Origin: Squalus acanthias
Taxonomy: Eukaryota
Length of the DNA stretch: 64,000 nt
Assembly: GCA_030390025.1 (NCBI GenBank)
Contig: CM059432.1
Location: 133,426,001 to 133,490,000 of the forward strand
Direction: 5' to 3'
Shown in pieces: positions 49,326 through 60,484 of the stretch. The notes under the pieces are model-generated. The model had not been told where the DNA came from. It did no database searches and worked only from the letters and a program-made list of their open reading frames with translations. Both the position numbers and the translations under genes were made by a program. Position 1 is the stretch's first letter. Each line of letters begins with the position of its first letter.

Positions 49326-50645
49326 GCCTCAGTACTCAACATCAACATCAACAACAGCCAATCTCCAGACGCCATCCTACAACTCATCCGCTTCATCCTT
49401 GACCACAATGTCTTCACCTTCGACAACCATTTTTTTACCCAAACACACGGAACAGCCATGGGGACCAAATTCGCACCCCAATACGCCAACATCTTCATGC
49501 ACAAGTTCGAGCAAGACTTCTTCGCTGCACAGGACCTCCAGCCAACGCTGTACACCAGATACATCGACGACATTTTCTTCCTTTGGACCCATGGCGAAGG
49601 ATCACTGAAAAGACTACACGATAACATAAACAAGTTCCATCCCACCATCAAACTCACCATGGACTACTCCTCAGAATCGGTCTCATTCCTGGACACACGA
49701 ATCTCCATCAAAGACGGACACCTCAGCACTTCACTCTACCGCAAGCCCACGGACAACCTCACGATGCTCCACTTCTCCAGCTTCCACCCTAACCATGTTA
49801 AAGAAGCCATCCCCTATGGACAAGCCCTGCGAATACACAGGATCTGCTCAGACGAGGAGGAACGCGATGGACACCTACGGACGCTGAAAAACGCCCTCGT
49901 AAGAACGGGATATGACGCTCGACTCATCGATCGACAGTTCCGACGGGCCACAGCGAAAAATCGCATAGACCTCCTCAGAAGGCAAACACGGGACACAACC
50001 AACAGGGTACCCTACGTCGTCCAGTACTTCCCCGGAGCGGAGAAACTACGACATGTTCTTCGCAGCCTTCAACATGTCATCGATGACGACAAACACCTCG
50101 CTAAGGCCATCCCCACGCCTCCACTACTTGCCTTCAAACAGCCGCCTAACCTCAGAAGTACCATCGTTCGCAGCAAATTACCCAGCTTTCAGGATAACAG
50201 CGACCACGACACCACACAACCCTGCCATGGCAAACTCTGCAAGACATGCCAGATCATCAACACAGATACCACCATCACACGTGAGGACACTACCCACCAG
50301 GTACATGGTACATACTCATGTGACTCGGCCAACGTTGTCTACCTCATACGTTGCAGGAAAGAATGCACCGCGGCATGGTACATCGGCGAGACCATGCAGA
50401 CACTGAGACAACGTATGAACGAGCACCGCGCAACAATCGCCAGGCAGGATTGTTACCTCCCAGTCGGGGAACACTTCAGCAGTCAAGGACATTCAGCCTC
50501 GGATCTGCGGGTAAGCGTTCTCCAAGGCAACCTTAGAAACACACGACAACGCAAAATCATCGAGCAGAAACTGATAGCCAAGTTCCGAACTCATGAAGAC
50601 GGTCTCAATCGGGATCTTGGGTTTATGTCACGATACATGACGTGA
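49326..50645 (+). CDS. PLE reverse transcriptase + GIY-YIG endonuclease, 5'-truncated but open (right copy)
   Basis: The 395-aa ORF 49458..50645 is identical to the C-terminal 395 aa of the left copy. Confidence 0.93.
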   Translation, partial: ASVLNININNSQSPDAILQLIRFILDHNVFTFDNHFFTQTHGTAMGTKFAPQYANIFMHKFEQDFFAAQDLQPTLYTRYIDDIFFLWTHGEGSLKRLHDNINKFHPTIKLTMDYSSESVSFLDTRISIKDGHLSTSLYRKPTDNLTMLHFSSFHPNHVKEAIPYGQALRIHRICSDEEERDGHLRTLKNALVRTGYDARLIDRQFRRATAKNRIDLLRRQTRDTTNRVPYVVQYFPGAEKLRHVLRSLQHVIDDDKHLAKAIPTPPLLAFKQPPNLRSTIVRSKLPSFQDNSDHDTTQPCHGKLCKTCQIINTDTTITREDTTHQVHGTYSCDSANVVYLIRCRKECTAAWYIGETMQTLRQRMNEHRATIARQDCYLPVGEHFSSQGHSASDLRVSVLQGNLRNTRQRKIIEQKLIAKFRTHEDGLNRDLGFMSRYMT

Positions 50646-50977
50646 TCCGGACTCGAGTCGTCGTTAGCTTGTTCACAGATGTGATTCCCAGTAAAAAAGT
50701 AAAAATTTTCCCAGTAAAAAAGTAATTTTTTTTTAAAGCTTTTCGTTTTACATACAGACGGCAGCTTTTGACACGTTGGAACCCCTGCGACTACACCTCA
50801 TTGTCTCAGTTGTATCTTGCTATGTCTTTTGATGTGGTACCTTCCTGGCTGACTTAATTAACTTTATCACACCTCGGCAGATAGTCAGGATGATTTAATT
50901 TATTGGTCTGCAATTGTAAAGTACACATGCTTTTTTTTCCATCTATATATGCTCTGGCGATTCTGTATCCAATTTAC

Positions 50978-51017
50978 TTCACCTGAGGAAGGAGTGATAG
51001 CTCCGAAAGCTTGTGAT
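50978..51017 (+). ncRNA. Minimal type I hammerhead ribozyme motif in the PLE 3' repeat (right)
   Basis: UCAC-CUGAGGA-A-GGAG(UGAUAG)CUCC-GAAA-GC-UU-GUGA: stem I, catalytic core, stem II and palindromic AGCU stem III. Confidence 0.75.
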
Positions 51018-52393
51018 TTCAAATAAAACTGTTGGACTATAACCTGGTGTTGTGCGACCTCTCAATTTTGTCCACCCCAGTCCAACACCGGCATCTCCGC
51101 ATCACTACCATATCTTGCCAACAAAGAGGTCTTTTTGGGGATGTTGGAAGTGTCAGGTACATCAATGTGCCCATCCTGTGGCTAATCATGAGTGTGACTA
51201 CATGCATATGCGTTTTGTTAGAAAGGTATTTTTGAGTGGAGTCTTTTTAAGGTACCAGTGTGCCAAGTGGTTAAGTTTCAACTGCAATTTCTGCCCTGCT
51301 GCAGAAGGGGCGTGCATGGTAAGTATTTAAAGGGTGCAGTGTAGTCTGCATGGGAGCCAACATGTTCTAGCATGCATACTTTGCCCAGCTACTTTTGGCA
51401 TAAGATAATGCGGATAGCTTTGCCTAGGCTAAACTGGCAGGTCTGCAAACTTTTCCATACTTAAGGGTCAATTTTAGCCTTCCCTGCCCGGCGTGTTCCC
51501 AACACATTCCCGCCCTCTGCCATCTTAACTCGCCTCAGAGCAGGCATGGGAGGGCCACCCACCCTAGGTAGGCGGGGGCCTAGTTTACATTCAAATATCG
51601 CAGGCTGATGATGTCATCGGCGATGCAATACCATTTTAACTAAAAATGTCAGTAGGCTCACACGGGCCCAAACTCGACAGCAGGACCGAGTGGCAGTCAG
51701 CTAAGAGGCCAATAGAGGATTCCTTGTGGGTCAGGAAGAATAGCTGTTATCCCTCGGGCCCTGAAAGCAGTCCCTGGGCCTCCTCGGCCCTGAATTTGCC
51801 TGCCCCTCCCAGCGCCAGCATCACCTGTGGAAAGTCCCCACTCTAGCACTAACTTCATGCCGGGGCAGTGCCCTAGGGTCCCTGGCGTCTTCAGGCTCCC
51901 ATCCCAATTTCTGCTCCCGCCCGCTAGCCCTGACCTCACTCCTGCAGGAGTTCAGGCGGGAGACAGTGCTGCAGTATTTAATGAGGCCTAGGAGTTAAAA
52001 CGGCCTGGGCCTCAGGCTGACGTCTCCGTGGAGGCACGCCCCCTCCCTCTTGGGGCGCTCCCATGGAATAGAGCGGTGCTACGTGCAGCAGCGCCACGCG
52101 CATCGGCACGTAGCGCCGCGGTACTACAGGCCTCCCTCCCCTGATTAAAGGGAAGGGGCCTAGTGCAGCGCGCACTGGAGCCCTCCTGGACCGGCATAAG
52201 GCCTGCTTTTACCAGCATAAGACTTTTAAAGGACATAAAAATACATTTTTTTCATTCATTTAAATATTAAAACATACGGGGGGAGAAATTGGGTGCCTTT
52301 ATGCCTCCCGTTAGCGCCTCTTGCCTCCTGACTGAGAAAAATTTATCACTTTCATTTGGGTTACATTTGATAGTGCAACATTTCCATACTTTA

Positions 52394-53552
52394 ATGGGGG
52401 CTGTACTGGCACTGGACCTCGCCCTCCAGCGTCACCGTCGGAGGCAGCGGAGGCAGAGAGAAAGATTGCAAAACGTGGCCAGAGGGAGGAGGGCCAACAG
52501 GGCTCTCAACAGGAGGCCTTACTCTCCCAGGGTATTCCGGGAGCACTTCTACATTCATCTCTCAGAGGAGCAATGCCTTAGAAGGCGTCGCTTCAGCAAG
52601 GAGGTGGTCACAGAGCTTTGCCACCTCTTGCAGCCAGACCTCCAGCCTCTGCTCAGGACCAGGATGCCTCTCTCAGTGGCAGTGAAGGTTACAGTCGCTT
52701 TCAATTTCTACGCCAACGGCTCCTTCCAGGCTTCAACAGGGGATATTGCAAACATTTTGCAGTTCGCCGTCCATTGCTGCGTCCGGGAGGTAACAGACGC
52801 TGTCTACAGAAAGAGAAGGGAGTACATCTCATTCCCCATCACCAGAGAGAAACAGGATGAACGCTCATGTGGCTTTGCAAGGATAGCGGGCTTCCCCATG
52901 GTTCTGGGCACCATTGACTGTACCCACGTGGCATTGAAGGCACCTCATCACAATGCAGCAGTGTTCCGTAACTGCATGGGCTACCACTCTCCGAACGTGC
53001 AGTTGATGTGTGACCACAGACAGCACATCCTCGCCTGGCAGCAGCCACGATGCATTCATCCTGCGACAGACCGGTGTCCCAGCACTGTTCCACCCACCAC
53101 ATGAAGCTCACGGCTGGCTGCTCGGAGACAAGGGTTATCCACTCGCCACCTGGCTGATGACACCCCTCCGCAACCCCAACACTCCTGCTCAGCACACATA
53201 CAATGACAGCCATACCGCCACCAGGAACCTGATCGAACACACTATCGGGGTGCTAAAGCAGCGGTTCCGCTGCCTTGGCCGCTCTGGAGGAGCCCTGCAG
53301 TACTCCCCTGATCGAGTCTCCCTTTTCATCGTTGTGTGCTGCATGCTGCACAACCTGGCCATTCTGAGGGCCCAGCCATTGCCACCAGCGATTGCAGGTC
53401 CACCTCAGGAGGAGGAAGAGGGAGAGGAGGAGGATGAGGCGGAGGAGGAGGATGAAGAGGAGGAGGAGCAGCAGCAACGGAGGAGGGAGCCACTCAATCT
53501 TGCTTCTGCAAGGGCCGTTCGTGAGTGCCTCATTAGACAGCGCTTCCAATAA
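52394..53552 (+). pseudogene. Harbinger (HARBI1-like) DDE transposase, frameshifted
   Basis: Motifs [42 protein letters not shown] and CCMLHN. A deletion with frameshift lies near 53030. Confidence 0.92.
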
Positions 53553-53733
53553 ATTATATATCACATGGCGTTTGCGCAGTACAGCCACATCATTACTTCC
53601 AGCTCGCAGCCCCTATCACCAGGCAAAGGTCAAATGAGAAACATCACAAAATGTGCAACATCAAATTAACAATTTATTATCGAACACAACTCTCTCTTAT
53701 GAATCACAACTATTCATAAAGAAACACAACAAT

Positions 53734-54458
53734 GGGCTGTATATTCCAATCCCTATGGGTGTGTACATGCTGTGTACACACCCGTAGGGACATCGGAAAT
53801 GCCGGTTTCAGGCATGCCAAGCGCATGCACTGAAAACCGGCATTTCCGATCTGTGAAGAATGCTCTTGACAGATCGGACGCCTGCCCTGGAGAAGGGCCT
53901 CTGCGGGCGGATAGTTCCGCTTTCTGGAGAACCTCCGCCAGCAGAAAACCCTTAGAAATCTTACGCCTGGTAAAAGCAGGCGTAAGGCCTGCTTTTACCA
54001 GCATTAGATTTGAAAAAAGTAAAAAAAAAAATTTCACTCATTTATCATTTAAAAATACTTTTAAAAAAGGTAAGTTTATTTTTAGCCCCGTAAAATACTT
54101 TAATTATTTTTTTCAAAAAATTTAATTTTTGTTTAAAATATTTAATTTATTGTAATTTCAACTAATTTTAAAAATGTGATTTTTAAAAAAAAAATTATTT
54201 AATGTTTTAAAGTATTTTTGGGGTGATCTCCATTCATATATTTGACAGGTCTATCTGTCAAGTGTATGAAGGGAGATTCCCTTCTCCTATTAGCTCCCCA
54301 TGGCCCATGTGATCCCAGGGATGCTTGCGAACATTTCGAGTTGGAGAGGCCCAGGAGCGTAAGTGTCCGGACCTCGGGAGCTCTCAGGTAAGTCCGTAGA
54401 TTTTTTCGAGATCGGAGGCCTCCGCACGCAGGAAGCCTCCAATCGGAAAATACGGCCC
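53734..54458 (-). mobile_element. Hairpin-rich MITE (family A, copy 3) between the two Harbinger genes
   Basis: TIRs GGGCTGTATATTCC / GGAAAATACGGCCC with TSD AAT. It is a reverse-complement homologue of 9390-10149. Confidence 0.85.
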
Positions 54459-54522
54459 AATATATTTACAAACGCATCAATTTATTAACACACACTACTC
54501 CCATTTACTAATAAAGTTTTCT

Positions 54523-56422
54523 TTACTCCCCCTTCTTCAATGATTTCCCTCCCCTTTGGAGTTCCCCCCTCCCAACCCTACTGCTCCTCCGTAATGTGGC
54601 CCCAGTGGCTGCAGCAAGGCTGGTGGAAGGCTGCTGAGTCTGGGAGCCAGAGACTGCAGATGGCCTTGCAGGACGCCCTCGACCAGCTCTGGGTCTGGAA
54701 GGCCCGGCTGCAGTCTGCACCACCTCAGCATGGGCGGCAGCAGTCTGGGATGGCTGAGTTACAGGCTGCGACAAGTGCAATGGTGGAGTGGCAGTGGTGG
54801 GAGCAGGAGTGCTGTCCTCCTGAGAGAGGACAGCACCTTTCTGCTCGACCAACACATTGCCACTCCCCCGGGGCATACCCTCAGCATCCGGAGCAATTTG
54901 CTCGAGCACAGATTGCTGGCCTGCTGTGGCACCGTGAGATCCCCGGTGGACTGTGGGCGACCCAGAGAAGATGGCAGCAGTCAGCGCTTGCGTGGCATCA
55001 AACTGAGACTGCGTGAGAGCAGTCTGAGATTGGATGGCACCAACCAATGATTCGATTACAGCACTAAGCCGTTGCGTTGCTTCGGCCTGTGCTGCAATAG
55101 CTGCTGCCACCTCACCCATGACACGCAGCATGAGGTCTGGGTCCCCACGGTCTCTCTGTGAGTCGACCATCCTTTGCAAACTGCCAAGGATGGGCTCAAT
55201 GATGTGAGCAGAGATGAGTGCAATGCTGGAGGCGGACTCCTCCAAGCTCGTAGCTAGTGCATCTGTGCTCTCGGGCACCCTTGCCATTGCACCCATGAGC
55301 TCGGTGTGCATGCCCATCGCCTGTCTGGTCAATGCCTCTACATCGAGGTCCTCATCTGAGTCCTGTGCAGCAGAACTCATGTGCAAATTCACCCTCCGGG
55401 GAGATGGCCCCCGAGCTTCCCTTTCCCCGTGGATTGCTGCAGCCCGCTGGGTCCTGGAGCTTCACCCACATCAGACCCATGTACTAGACTCCCCTCCAGC
55501 GACCACGTAGCCACATTATCAGACCTAGCATCTTCGGAAGACACAGGCAGTGAGGCTCTGGCTTGTTCTTCCTCCTCCTCTCCCGCGTCGCTGCCACTGG
55601 GAGGCTGAGGGATAGGCTGGTCAGCTGGTGGCTGATTATCTGAAAGCATAAAGGCACAAGAGTGGGGTTAAGGTCAGAGGAGGGGGGCAGGAAGGGAGCA
55701 AGGAATGGAGACAGTATACTTAGATGGAAAGTGAGAATGTCTTGTGGATTGAGGGGGAATGGTATGAGAGAAGAGGGAGAGGTGATGAACATACCGTTGT
55801 TGTCCCCAAGGGGGTCAACATCTCCGACGGCCACTGTGCCCACGACCTGGGCGGCAATGATGAGGCCCACTCGCTCCTCCAGGTCTGTAAGGGGGTGCAG
55901 GTCTGCCTCACCTCCTCCTGTTCGTACCTGCTCCCTCCTGTTTGTGAGCAAGCTTGAAAAGGAAAGTGTGTGAGTGAGTGTGCAGCTGTGTGTTTGGCAG
56001 ATGTGCCTACCATAGTTGAATGGCTGTTAATGTATGCAAGGTGTGAGATGTGCATGTCACTTTTAGTAGGTGGGCATAGTTGGTGGGTGAGTGTTGGGGA
56101 TGTGGCGGTTTATACAGTGTGTGCACAGAATGAGGTTGAGATGGTGGCACGTAGAGGTTTTTGAAGCATGCACTCACCCTGACCACCCAAGTGAGGTCGT
56201 TGAATTTCTTCCGGCACTGGGTGAGAGTTCTGGGGAGCACACTTCTGGCCGACATGTGCTGGGCGACCTCCCTCCACATCCTCTTAAAGGCCTGTGACAA
56301 TGGCCTCCTGCCAGTGTCTGGGAAGAGCACTGCCCATCGGTGTTCCACAGCCACGACCAGAGCCTCCAAGGCGTGGTCGCTGAACCAGCTCTCTCTCTCT
56401 CTCTGGGCCTCTGATCAGCCAT
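54523..56422 (-). pseudogene. Harbinger Myb/SANT-like (NAIF1-type) partner gene with 3 exons, frameshifted
   Basis: Exon 1 is 56422-56178 (FSDHALEALV..WREVA..QCRKKFNDL, donor GTGAGT). Exon 2 is about 55953-55795 (RTGGG..LTDLEE, donor GTATGT). Exon 3 is 55639-54523 (acceptor TTTCAG). Confidence 0.85.
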
Positions 56423-58959
56423 CAGTTGCTTGAATAAAGGCTTGCAGCTCCTTGCAGGCCCAGTTCACAACAGCAATGATCAGAGTGAGGCTGTGCAGCA
56501 TGATTGAACCTCCCCTTTAAGAACTGGAAGGCGCCAGTCTGTCTGAGGACTCTCTAATTGACAGCACCGGAACTTGAGTAGCGCTCTGAAGGTAGCGCCC
56601 CGCTCTGCGACGTTAGCACCCTAAGAGAAGTGTGTATCGCTTGATTTAACGCTCCACTTCCCTCTTGGGGCGCTAAAACTCAATTTCACGTTCACCGGCA
56701 CTAATTAGTGCCGGGCGCTAAAGGTAGCACCCAGGCGATGTTAGCGCCCCAAAATGGTTGATACCGAATTTTTCCCCCATGTAAAATAAGGTAAGTTTAT
56801 TTTTAGACCATTTAAAATATGTAAATTTATTTTTCAAAAAATTAAATTTTTGTTTAAAATATTTAATTAAATATAATTTTGATTAATTTTAAGTACGTGA
56901 TTTAAAAAAAAATTATTTACGTGTACGTGCATTTTTGGGGGTATTCCTATTCATACTTATGGAGGTTCCGTACATATGGTATCCTCATAAGTATGAATGG
57001 GGATCCCCTTCTATAATTGGTTGGGCCGGCCCACGTGATCCATGGGGCACTTGCGAACCGCCTGCGCTCCTGGGATACGTGGGCCTCTACGCAGGCCAAC
57101 GCATAGAGGCCCAGGATCGCAAGTGTCAAACCTCCGGGACCATCTGGTAGGTTCGTAGATGTTTGCTGGTCAGAGGCATCCGCCCACGGGAAGCCTCCGA
57201 CCGCAAATTCAGGCCCATTATTTTAACCAAAGGAAGAATATTCTGAGTGGATACAAATATTAAATATACTATTTTCAGGTACTGCATGTAATTAACCATA
57301 AAAGCAATGTTTGTGAATAGCGATCATTCACCAGAATCGATTTTATTGGCTACTTGTTATGCAAACATGGATAAAAGTTCCAGTCCTGTCCAAATAGGCC
57401 CTTCCAACCATGCTCTGAAGAAATAAATATAGCCCTTCTCCTGAAATTAATCTGATCCCCAAATCACCAGACACAAACATTGGCAGATTTGAATCTCAAC
57501 CCTATATTTAAGTGTAATCCTCATCATCATTCATGCGGTTATGTTTGTCTACCATACAGCAACCTGCTATTAGAGTCTCTGTTGTCACAAGCGAAGCAGT
57601 AGGAAATGGCCACTGCTTTTTAAATGCGGGATAATACAATTCCTTGTAGCTAATGTGACCCCCACTGTCTCCTCTCAATAAATTACACATGGGATAATGG
57701 ATAGCTGGCAGTGGCTTGCAAGGCTATAATTCAATCAATGGGTTTTGATCATATCATAAACCACCAGGGCAAAGCACAAACAGGTTAGAAACATCAGCAG
57801 GCCCTCCCATGATTGAATTGCAGCCTCACACTCACCGCCATCTATTTGCTATTATATATAATATATACTGAGCAGTTTGGTTTATACTTCCCTTTCTGTC
57901 CTGCAGCATGCATGTGGCGTGTGAGTGCGCGGTAAAGAATGCCGGACATATGCAATATGGCAATAAATATGATCATGATATTCGATCGTAAGGCATAACG
58001 CAGGAGAGGTTTCGGCATCAGATATACTGGGAATTCAACTGTTCATTTTATAGACACTTTCACTTGAGGATCGTTAACAATCGCGTACAGTAATATCCAA
58101 AAACAGCAACAACACACAACACCCTCCACCCACCTTAGCTGATCGGTATAATATGCAAAGGCTGCCTCTGTTGAATCCACAGACAGTGAATGAAGTGTGG
58201 TTTATAATTAGTGATGTCAATGACAAAATATAAGCACTATACATACCTCAAATTCACCTGAACTGTCTGAGGTTGGGTTGATCCGCAGTATTTTACAGAT
58301 ATAAACGGCAGTGCTCTGCGGTGTATTTTTCTCTGCTGAGTGATGTCAAGGCATGAGTCAGCAGTTTCTTGATACAGTAAAAGCAGATCCCGGCCCTCGT
58401 GCTACAGCACAGCCCAGAGAAATAAATCATTAATCTGCACAAAGGGAAGTCGAAGAAAGCTGGAGCCTCAGTTTTCGAGGATTTTGTTTGCGGAGATTGC
58501 CAATGATCAGAGTTAGCATTTGCTTTATCTTTAGGTTTTGCTTCGTTCAGTGTCATAAGAGCTTATAAACTCACGCTTGTGCAAAAGGATGGCAGCATTA
58601 TAGCATCATGTGGTACCTTCTGACTAGATCACATTCGTTCTGTCTGTGTACCCCAATGGGTACCATAACACTACAAGGAGCAGTTTCCAGTTGCTGCTTA
58701 GAGTGACATGTAGCCACCATGCTAAAGAAAGACTTGCATTTATATAGCGCCTTTCACGACCTCAGGACGTCCCAAAGCGCTTTACAGCCAATGAAGTTCT
58801 TTACCGGATCTGTATCACTTACTTGTCAGGGTAAGTGTGACTGTGCTAGTTGGTGACCCTGCAATGTTAGTGAACCTGAATATCAATTTTGGACTTTGGG
58901 CAGATGCAGTTTATTGGAGGGTGGAAGGACAACGAGAGATGTTGAACATGACGTGTTAA

Positions 58960-59145
58960 TGCATGGGAGCAGGGATTGTTCAGTCGAAGCGCTCTTCAAG
59001 AAGCTGCTGCTGAAGACCTCTCCCGCATCTTTGCCATTCTCTGTTGTTAGTGTTATCTCCTTCATCATGGTCCTCGTCCAATGGTGGCCCCATGCATTGT
59101 CCCTATTGCAGAGGAAGGTTATGCAGCATGCAGCAAACCACTATC
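58960..59145 (-). pseudogene. Old Harbinger transposase C-terminal remnant
   Basis: The reverse strand reads [30 protein letters not shown]. Confidence 0.6.
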
Positions 59146-59258
59146 ATATGGGGCACTGGGGTCTAAATTCAACATCATTGCGCCCGTTTTCTAAGCACAA
59201 ACCAGGTGCAACAATCACCAATTTACCAGGACAGAGGCGTGGCTCTACAAAACTTAAG

Positions 59259-59460
59259 GCAAAATACTGCGGATGCTGGAAATCCGAAATGTAAACCGAA
59301 AATGCTGGAAATACTCAGCAGGTCAGGCAGCATCTGTGGAGAGAGAAACAGAGTTAACGTTTCAGGTCTGTGACCTTTCATCAGAACTGGAAAATGTTAC
59401 AGACGTAACAGGTTTTAAGCAAGCACAGAGGCAGGGAAAGCGGGGCTGGGAGGAAAGAAT
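59259..59460 (-). mobile_element. PLE-derived terminal repeat with a hammerhead motif (59352-59388)
   Basis: The reverse complement reads AGUU-CUGAUGA-A-AGGUC(ACA)GACCU-GAAA-CG-UU-AACU. An inverted copy lies at 61149-61302. Confidence 0.75.
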
Positions 59461-59461
59461 A

Positions 59462-60484
59462 AGTTCTGTGATATTTCTCATCTACATGCTGCCCCTTGGC
59501 GACATCATCCGAAAAAACAGCGTCAGTTTCCACATGTACGCTGATGACACCCAGATCTACCTCACCACCACTTTTCTCGACCCCTCCACTGTCTCTAAAT
59601 TGTCAGACTGCTTGTCTGACATCCAGTATTGGATGAGCAGAAATTTCCTCCAATTAAATATTGGGAAGACTGAAGCCATTGTCTTCGGTCCCCCCCACAA
59701 ACTCCGTTCCCTAGCCACCAACTCCATCCCTCTCCCTAACATCTCTAACATCGCAACCTTGGTGTCATAGTTGACCCGAGATGAGGTTCTGACCACATAT
59801 CCGCACCATAACTAAGACCGCCTATTTCCACCTTGGTAACATCGCCAGTCTCCGCCCTTGCCTCAGCTCATCCGCTGCTGAAACACTCATCCGTGCCTTT
59901 GTTACCTCTAGACTTGACTATTCCAACGCACTCCTGGCTGGCCTCCCACATTCTACCCTACGTAAACTTGAGGCCATCCAAAACTCGGCTCCCGTGTCCT
60001 AACTCGCACCAAGTCCCATTCATCCATCATCCCTGTGCTCACTGACCTACATTGGCTCCTGGTTAAGCAACACCTCGATTTTAAAATTCTCATCCTTGTT
60101 TTCAAATCCCTCCATGGCCTCGCTCCTCCCTATCTCTGTAATCTGCTTCAGCCCCACAACCCCCCGAGATATCTGTGCTCCTCTAATTCTGCCCTCTTGA
60201 GCATCCCTGATTATAATCGCTCAACCATTGGTGGCCGTGCCTTCTGTTGCCTGGGCCCTAAGCTCTGGAATTCACTCACTAAACCTCTCCGCCTCTCTAC
60301 CTCTCTTTCCTCCTTTAAGACGCTCCATAAAATCTACCTCTTTGACCAAGCTTCGAGTCACCTGCCCTAATTTCTCCTTATGTGGCTCGGTGTCAAATTT
60401 TGTTTTATAACAATCCTCTGAAGCACCTTGGGACATTTTACTACGTTAAAGGTGCTACATAAATACAAGTTGTTGTTGTTGTTG
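59462..60484 (+). mobile_element. L2 LINE 3' portion
   Basis: Motifs FHMYADDTQIY, FLQLNIGKTE and LHWLLVKQ, with a (GTT)n tail. Confidence 0.9.

Larger units (their letters stand above)
47418..51104. mobile_element. Penelope-like element (probably Neptune group): inverted head-to-head dimer inserted as one unit
   Basis: Arms 47418-49151 and 49326-51065 are reverse complements. A 39-bp tail occupies 51066-51104. The TSD CTACCATATCTT is at 47407-47418 and 51105-51116. Confidence 0.93.
52279..56778 (+). mobile_element. PIF/Harbinger DNA transposon, copy 2 (both termini present)
   Basis: TIRs GGGGGAGAAATTGGGT / ACCGAATTTTTCCCCC with flanks ACG/ATG. Convergent transposase and Myb/SANT genes lie inside. 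Confidence 0.9.
52030..57216 (-). mobile_element. Family A-related MITE split by Harbinger copy 2 (left boundary uncertain)
   Basis: 52195-52277 and 56779-57216 join to give the same layout as 53734-54458. The right terminus is AAATTCAGGCCC. Confidence 0.65.

Noticed and set aside
47838..50645. Telomerase or group II intron RT
   Set aside because: RT followed by a GIY-YIG domain and hammerhead-bearing terminal repeats is diagnostic of Penelope-like elements.
51465..52030. GC-rich CpG-island-like segment (also about 39940-40330, 11280-11700 and 42180-42480)
   Set aside because: Most of these begin or end with GGG..AATT/AAAAT Harbinger-like termini and look like MITE remnants; I could not define paired ends or TSDs.
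58293..58556. 87-aa ORF, and other short ORFs in unique DNA
   Set aside because: They have no recognisable domain or convincing splice structure and are within the length expected by chance.
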